A stretch of DNA of 60,617 nucleotides, counting the filler, from Catajapyx aquilonaris (taxonomy: Eukaryota): NCBI GenBank assembly GCA_000934665.2. It is 4 parts of 4 records of this genome, joined end to end, with 100 filler letters (N's around TTAATTAATTAA, not from the genome) between each part and the next. Parts side by side here need not be neighbours in the genome. Positions count along the whole stretch, not along the records: positions 45,542 to 60,617 come from JYFJ02007611.1; 3 more parts are not named here. One strand, given 5' to 3'. This document shows positions 54,167-60,617 of this stretch, one piece after another. Numbering within the stretch: the stretch's first letter is position 1; each line of letters opens with the position of its first letter. The translations under genes were made by a program, and so were the position numbers. Below the pieces are notes generated by a model that had not been told where the DNA came from, searched no databases, and saw only the letters and a program-made list of their open reading frames with translations.

Positions 54167-56779
54167 GTGAGAATTACCCTTTTGTCGAGCATTTTTAGTC
54201 CTATAAGTAGCAGTACAGTAGTGCCATACTATCACGTGAAAGGTCGTTCCCCGTTCAAGTGATGTGAAATATGCCAAATGGCGCTTCCTTTCTACTCGAT
54301 TGCCGACACCTGCTCACTGTCCTTTCTTTTCGGATTCATTCACACCAAGCTAAAGTTCACACGGTCTTTCTGCCAGGCAGGCGTACTAAATTATTAACAA
54401 CATCATGAGTGAGGTGAAATTGTGTGTTTATTTTTCCAGATATTATTAGCCCTTAACCCACACGGTTATGCATGTGTTACTTTCATTTTCTTAAATAAGT
54501 CACTGCCGCATAAAGAAAAGTTTGAGAGTGTACAGGCTTTGTTATATCTTACATAGGTAACATATTATACAATAATAATGCAGCACTGTATCAGCATGAC
54601 ATTAACGGGATCCAGGATTATCCACCTGGTTGGGCTTCACTGCCAGTGAATACCTGTAATAAATTATTTTTTTTTGTAATTACACTGTACTCCGCAAAAC
54701 ATTAAAAGAGCATCACTGGTGAGTCTCTCATGAAACATCAATTTTAATGCTCTTCTAATGCTCTGCTAATGCTCTTATGATGCTTTTTAGCGACAAAAAA
54801 GCATCACCATTAATTTTATCGTATATTTTTGATAACATTGACATGATTGTAACAAAGTTCCTACCTAGATTATAGACCTTAATTCAGGAGGATCAATTAA
54901 ATCTGTGTAGTGAATCAATTTAATGTAGACATTAAAATTGTAGAAAAAGTAAGGTAATGTAGACATAATTTTGGTACCGTACGTATATAAAAAATTCTAT
55001 TAAGGCACAGGTATTTAAAAAGTTCTGCATCATATGATTTAAAATATTTAAAAAATACTCGCTTACTCTTCAGGTAACACTGAACACCAAGTACCATACA
55101 TAATTTTATACTACAAATTGCCCCATTCAAATCATGCCCTTGATATAATTATCTACAAGCCGTTATATTACATTTTTCAAGATGCTGTTGATTTTTTAAA
55201 TGATTTCAGAATGCCTTAAGTATGTCAACAGCGCAATTACTTCTGAAATATAATTCCAAATTGCCAATTGCCTGATATATCCACATTCCACTCACACGAA
55301 TCATGTCTGGAGGAACACGTCTACACAAGAGTGGTCACTGACGTGGACCTTGCAAGGCCATAGTCACGTGCGGAAAATTGTTCGCGTGTCGACAAGACTC
55401 GCAGATACGGAGCCCCCCAAGAAACACGACACGCTTTCCCCTCACAGGACACGTGCTCGTTCACTCACACACACGCGCGCGCACACACCACCCACTTGCA
55501 TATACATTTTTATGAACACACAAAGAAGGGCCCTGAATCCCAGTAGGAAGCTGCCCAATAACTCTTGAGGGTGGGTAACCACATCTGGTCAGAAATAGTT
55601 CCCTTCGCCACTGCTTCTCCCAAATACTCGCCCACGATATTTTGACCATAGTACGTTGTTCGGCTCTTGCATACAGGGTGTATTTATATTGGAATGCAAC
55701 CACATGTGCCAAATCCGGTCCACAGAACTTCGAGCCGGTCGTTAAGTGAAGGTTTAAAAATACGTACCATGAGAGTCCATATGTGCACTTCAAATGAAAA
55801 TGTGTTTAGAAAACGACTCGCACTAACTAATACTGCGTACAATATAATAACGCATTCAGATAGTATACTTATTAGCTCACATGAAAGAGCAAAAAAATCA
55901 TTCTGACATACTTTGCCAACTGAAAAAGTTACTATTACAGCATGCCTCTACAAGAACATTTGTTTAACTTGTCTCTCTTCAGAAATACTGGCAATCTTTG
56001 ACTATTACTAGCCCCCACGCTACTATTTTAAAAGCGGTATTATTTTACTATGGTGAAATGAAGGACTCCGTGGGTTTTCTCGGGATTCTCTTTCCTTCCA
56101 CTTTTAAAAACATCATCAGTGGAGTCACGGAAATGTCCGCGGCAAAGTTAAACAAAGACTTCTCTGTAAAGGCAGCTCTTACTCACCACCTTATCTGAAT
56201 GCGACCCACTCCGGAAAACCCGCTACCGCAATACTTGATCCAAAGTTCAGCATGGATGAGTAGCGGTTGCCATAACTCGCCGGATGACCCCTATTATTCA
56301 GGTACATGACAACACTAAATCCATGCCATTATCTCCGTGATGAAACCGAAATACAGTTGAATCCGGATATAACAGACTTCAAGGAACCACGGAAAAAGTC
56401 CGTTATAACTTATAACCGAGGTCTGTTATAGCCAAATCGCCACTTTTTCAATGAATACGCCAAGTTTTCTGCTTTCATATGCTTATAATGCACACTAGGG
56501 CCTACTCATACTGATTAATGAAACTATTCACAAAAATGCAAAATTAGCACACCCGTAAATTATGCAGGACCAAAAAATCCGTAATTTTTTTTCTGCCGTC
56601 TCCTTCTTGTCAAATATACCAGAAAAGAGCAGTAACATCCACCGAGTATACTGATCCAACAGCTGAGTGAAGCGGCAGGACCAGAAACACTTGCCATTAC
56701 TGTACTCATAATATTGCATTTGCGGCTGTTTCTTGTGACGTCATAATATTGCCACAGAAGACCACAATGCCCAGAATCT

Positions 56780-57400
56780 ACAGGGTCAGCGAAAAAGAAT
56801 GCTCTGATTTTGAAACCATATAACTCGAAATCTTTTAGACAGATCTTAATGATTTAAGTTTTGAAATGCTAAGAAATGTTAAAAGTTTTGGTCTTACCAT
56901 GTTTCGATGTGAGCTCCATTTGTCGCTTGGCAAATGTAAATACTGTACGCTAATCGATGTCGTGCTTAACCCGGTCAGGTGGGGGGGGGGCATTGGTAAA
57001 CTTCTCATTCAAGACTTTGCACACTGGGAGGCGGAACAAATGAAACTTTCTTACGGCAGGTTTGCATCATAGATGAGGCAACTTTTTATGTGCATCATCA
57101 AGAACAATATGTATGGTGTAAAGACCCCCCCCCCTCCCCGTCATATCCAGTACCTACGTTATAGGATTGCAACGGTAACTCCAGATATTATTGAGCGGGT
57201 TTGGAACGACACCGATTACCGCCTTTTTTTATCTGCCGAGCAACAATAAATAAAGCTCATATCGAAACAAACTAAGGTGAGACCAAAACCTTAGACGTTT
57301 CTTAGTATTTCAAAACTTTAATCATTAAGATATGTCTACAAGTTTTCGAGTTATATGGCCATCAAATTATTATATATTTGTATTTTAGGGCACAAAATAA
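56780..57400 (+). pseudogene. Degenerate mariner/Tc1-like transposon remnant
   Basis: TA-CAGGGT start near 56780. Fragment RIATVTPDIIERVWNDTDYR...AHIE (~57160-57265) resembles the C-terminus of Tc1/mariner transposases. Confidence 0.55.
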
Positions 57401-57556
57401 TAAGAACATCAGTGTCAGTCCCATTGATGGCCATCATGAGAATCCAACGTTTTCATATGTCCACAGAGGGTGGTCTATTCGATTATTACGGATATAACGT
57501 AACACTAACAATAAATACTGAAAATACAGTATTTATTGTTAGTGTTCATTTGGCAT

Positions 57557-57686
57557 TAGGAACTTGATCAAAGTTAAACATTCATAACACCAATGAAGTA
57601 CAGTAATCATGTTCTCCATAATATTACGGAGAACTGGATTACTGTATTTCATTGGTGTCATGAATGTTTAACTTTGATCATTCCTA
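57557..57686. repeat. ~60-bp-arm imperfect hairpin in the putative nompC intron
   Basis: TGATCAAAGTTAAACATTCATAACACCAATGAAGTACAGTAATC...GATTACTGTATTTCATTGGTGTCATGAATGTTTAACTTTGATCA. Confidence 0.9.
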
Positions 57687-58422
57687 GTATTCCAGAAATA
57701 ATCATGGCTCGTCTCCTCAATACCTTCTTCAATCTATTTAATTGACTGTAGGCCTAAGCCAGTGGTAGTTTTTAATTGCACATTTTATAGAAAACAATAC
57801 TACCTCCATGATGTTACTATGAAACCTTTTAAATAAAAATAAGCAATATCTGGGCTATAAATTGGTAGACCTAATACTGTATATCAGTAACCCTATTGAA
57901 ATGACAATGCGGAAAAAGAGATACCGGTAAGTAATGTCATATCCAAGTATTAGGATCGTTTTTAGTAATCGCGCCGAAGTTATTTTTTTTTGTATCTTTT
58001 TGTGCCCCAATGTAAGTGTCCAATTATATTATAGAATCTGTTGTATTTGACCACATGTGAATAGCTGGGTACCTACAGTAGATCGGGGCTAAAAAGTTAT
58101 ACACAAAAATAACAACTTCGGGCCTAATTTGCGGAACTAAAAACGACCCTACTACTTGGAATACCCTGCACTTTATTACTTCTAAATATCTGTAAGCTTT
58201 CAAATTCCCGTGTTTCCAAGAAATCTTAAGTAATGTTTTTATACGAGAGATTCTTTTCTGCCTATATTCATAGCTTATCTTTGATTATGTCCGACGCATG
58301 AATTTAAACGAGATTCGTCATAAAACCTCACCACAATATTATTAATGTGGTGTAACAGGATCGCAAAAAGGAAGTCACGTCCCGAAATCACTCCCTAGCT
58401 AGGTGGGAGTGTTGTTGTTGCT

Positions 58423-58483
<61 letters not shown>
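58423..58483. repeat. (ATC)n microsatellite, ~20 units
   Basis: Direct reading. A (GGAAGACATG)x4 minisatellite follows at ~58572-58611. Confidence 0.95.
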
Positions 58484-58973
58484 CATGTTACAAGTCCGAT
58501 GAAACGATCAAAAGGCTCAAAACGCTTGTATAGTTATATCTGTCAACAGTTCTGTCAATTTTTTCGTACAAGGAAGACATGGGAAGACATGGGAAGACAT
58601 GGGAAGACATGGCCTTTATAATGGCACATAGCAGGGAAGCAGGAGAAATCAATTAATTATTAAATTGGAGTTATATTTTTGTAGAAGGCGAAGTACAGAA
58701 AAGGTTTATACAAACAAGTGTTGTTTAGATGGTATCATACAACGTCTCCCAACCCATGTTCATCCTACGGGCAACAAAAATAATATGGACATCTTAAAAA
58801 TTCTCCCTGCAACTTTGTGTGAAATCTTATTACATGAGATATCTTTGACGAAACTGCTCGGACAACCTTCGTGTCATGTAACAGTAAATATTCAGGTTGC
58901 TTGGGGCTATGGTGTGCTTTCTAGTGATTAATCTATTACACTGTATTACAGTGTACAATACTATTACATTATA

Positions 58974-60170
58974 CAGGGTGTAGTGCGTAGGGCTGCCTAG
59001 GGAAGCAATTTGAGACAGGACACCCATGGTCGGAAACCAATCCCATCGGCGCGGCGCTATACAGGCCCATTAACATTCCATTATTGTATCACCCCGATAT
59101 TGTTGTATACGGAACCCTCCCTTACCTGACTGTGACGTAATCGTTTCTCTTACTCAGTTATAGTCAACAGAAATCTGCTGAACGCACCATCACTTTTCCT
59201 GAATTTCCATGGAAATGCCCTGACACAGCGTGGATGTAAACAGCGTTGTATTAGTATTAGACCGTGGTTCTATTCGTGGTTCTACTGTTGTCGATGCTTA
59301 CTCCTATTCATGTGTGAGGGAATTTCCATGGAAACAGGAAAAGTGGGAGGTTCTAGGGTTTGGCAGATTTCTGTTGACTATAAGTTACTGTTAGTAAGCG
59401 AAACGATTGCGTCACCGTCAGGTTAGGCTGGGTACCATATACAACAATATTGGAGTGTTGCAATAATGGGATGTTATTTATTTTTATTTATTTATTCGAC
59501 CCCATGATAGGGCGGAGCCCTTTCAGGGGGATATCAGACACCAGATATATGGGTACAATAACATGGCCAGGGCTAAGCGTAAAAAAAGCAAAGAGCGACA
59601 TACTTGGATCAAAAACATTTGTCAAAAAAACACTGATAAATCGCGGGGGGGGGGGGGGAATTGCTGTTTTTAATTGCACAGTTCAATCATTTTAGCAACT
59701 TTTTCAACAAAAAAATAGACTAAAAGGGCTTCTTCTGATGAGAGGGAAATAAATAAACAGTGAAATTTGTCTGGAGGATAGTTGGGCATATTAAATAAGA
59801 AGGCTTTACGAGGGGTAAGGAAAATTGGACAGTTGTAAAATAGTATAGGCTATGTGATAGAGAGAGTAAGGTTCATTTAGATTACACCAAGTGCAGTCAT
59901 TCTTCGTTGTCAAGCGTGATGGCACGACCAGTTAAAGGAAGTATGGGTGATATGCGCCTAAGGTTTGCCACTAATCTGGTTTATTTTAATAGGGGTCAAT
60001 AACGACAAATAGGGTGCAGGGTCTGGGATGAAGTTACATCCCGAAAAAAGTAATATCTGCAATAATGGGATGTTAATGGGCCTGTAACGCTGTTGGGATT
60101 GGTTTCCGACCATGGGTGTCCTATCTCAAATACTGTATAGTGCTTCCCTAGGCAGCCCCTACACACTCTG
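58974..60170. mobile_element. Long fold-back MITE (TA-CAGGGTG end) containing a LINE insertion
   Basis: Left arm GGGCTGCCTAGGGAAGCA..GGACACCCATGGTCGGAAACCAATCCCA is mirrored at ~60095-60160. Inner arms ~59070-59225 pair with ~59310-59476. Confidence 0.85.
59477..60057 (-). mobile_element. 5'-truncated LINE with 18-bp target-site duplication
   Basis: TGCAATAATGGGATGTTA at 59459-59476 and 60058-60075. A (TAAA)n tail lies at the minus-strand 3' end. A degenerate CTWCNLNEPYSLYH...CPIF knuckle is typical of LINE ORF2 C-termini. Confidence 0.8.
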
Positions 60171-60377
60171 CAAGTCTGTTCCGAGTTACAATGTATTACC
60201 TGGCTCGGAAATGATTTACACTCTTTCTTTTTCCCGCTGAAGAAGTGGTCCTAGAAGTTCCATTATTCACCACTAGATGGAACGAGTCTTCCTGAGGGCG
60301 CCAGAGAAAATTTGACCCCATTCGTGTCAGTTGCCTCGTCGCAGTGCCCACCGAAAGTAGTGCCCGTAGCTCTCGTC

Positions 60378-60617
60378 ATGGACAACGTTGCAGGGGACTA
60401 CCACGGGCAGAGGGGGACCACATGGTTTTTGTGGACGGAAGGAGTGGCAGCGACAGATATTCACAGGCGTTTAGCGAGCGTGTGTGGTGAGCTGGTGAGG
60501 GATATCTTCTGGGCATATGGGATTGTGTTAATTGTGTCCTGAGAGAGGCCAGTGACTCTTTCAAGTTCACGAAAAGTCACACGTCTGTCTTGCATGATGA
60601 GGTCGTTGATCCTCTTC
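60378..60617 (+). pseudogene. mariner transposase N-terminal HTH remnant
   Basis: QRGTTWFLWTEGVAATDIHRRLASVCGE resembles the mariner N-terminal HTH; disrupted downstream and runs off the window. Confidence 0.7.

Overview
This is eukaryotic, most likely arthropod, genomic DNA. Four contigs are joined by artificial N-TTAATTAATTAA-N spacers (15091-15190, 30272-30371, 45442-45541), so adjacency across them is unproven. Host genes: a short C2H2 zinc-finger gene (15567-16061 +); a complete 10-exon carboxylesterase ending in KDEL (18528-21492 +); a decayed minus-strand zinc-finger locus; a divergent caspase (27648-30271 +, cut by a gap); and a very long first coding exon of a nompC/TRPN-like channel (52460-54166 +). 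The most striking part is contig 3, a nested stack of mobile DNA. A Sola transposase is cut by the AGTAGT left end of a Polinton/Maverick. The Polinton carries a packaging ATPase, a gene with two short spliceosomal introns, a six-repeat fibre-like ORF, an adenain-type protease that has no ATG of its own and lies in the -1 frame of the upstream ORF, and a small membrane ORF. An LTR element with a baculovirus-F-like env interrupts the Polinton, and a Sola-like non-autonomous element interrupts env. Many MITEs, long palindromes and mariner, P and LINE remnants fill the rest. All family assignments come from motif recognition by eye; no database searches were run.
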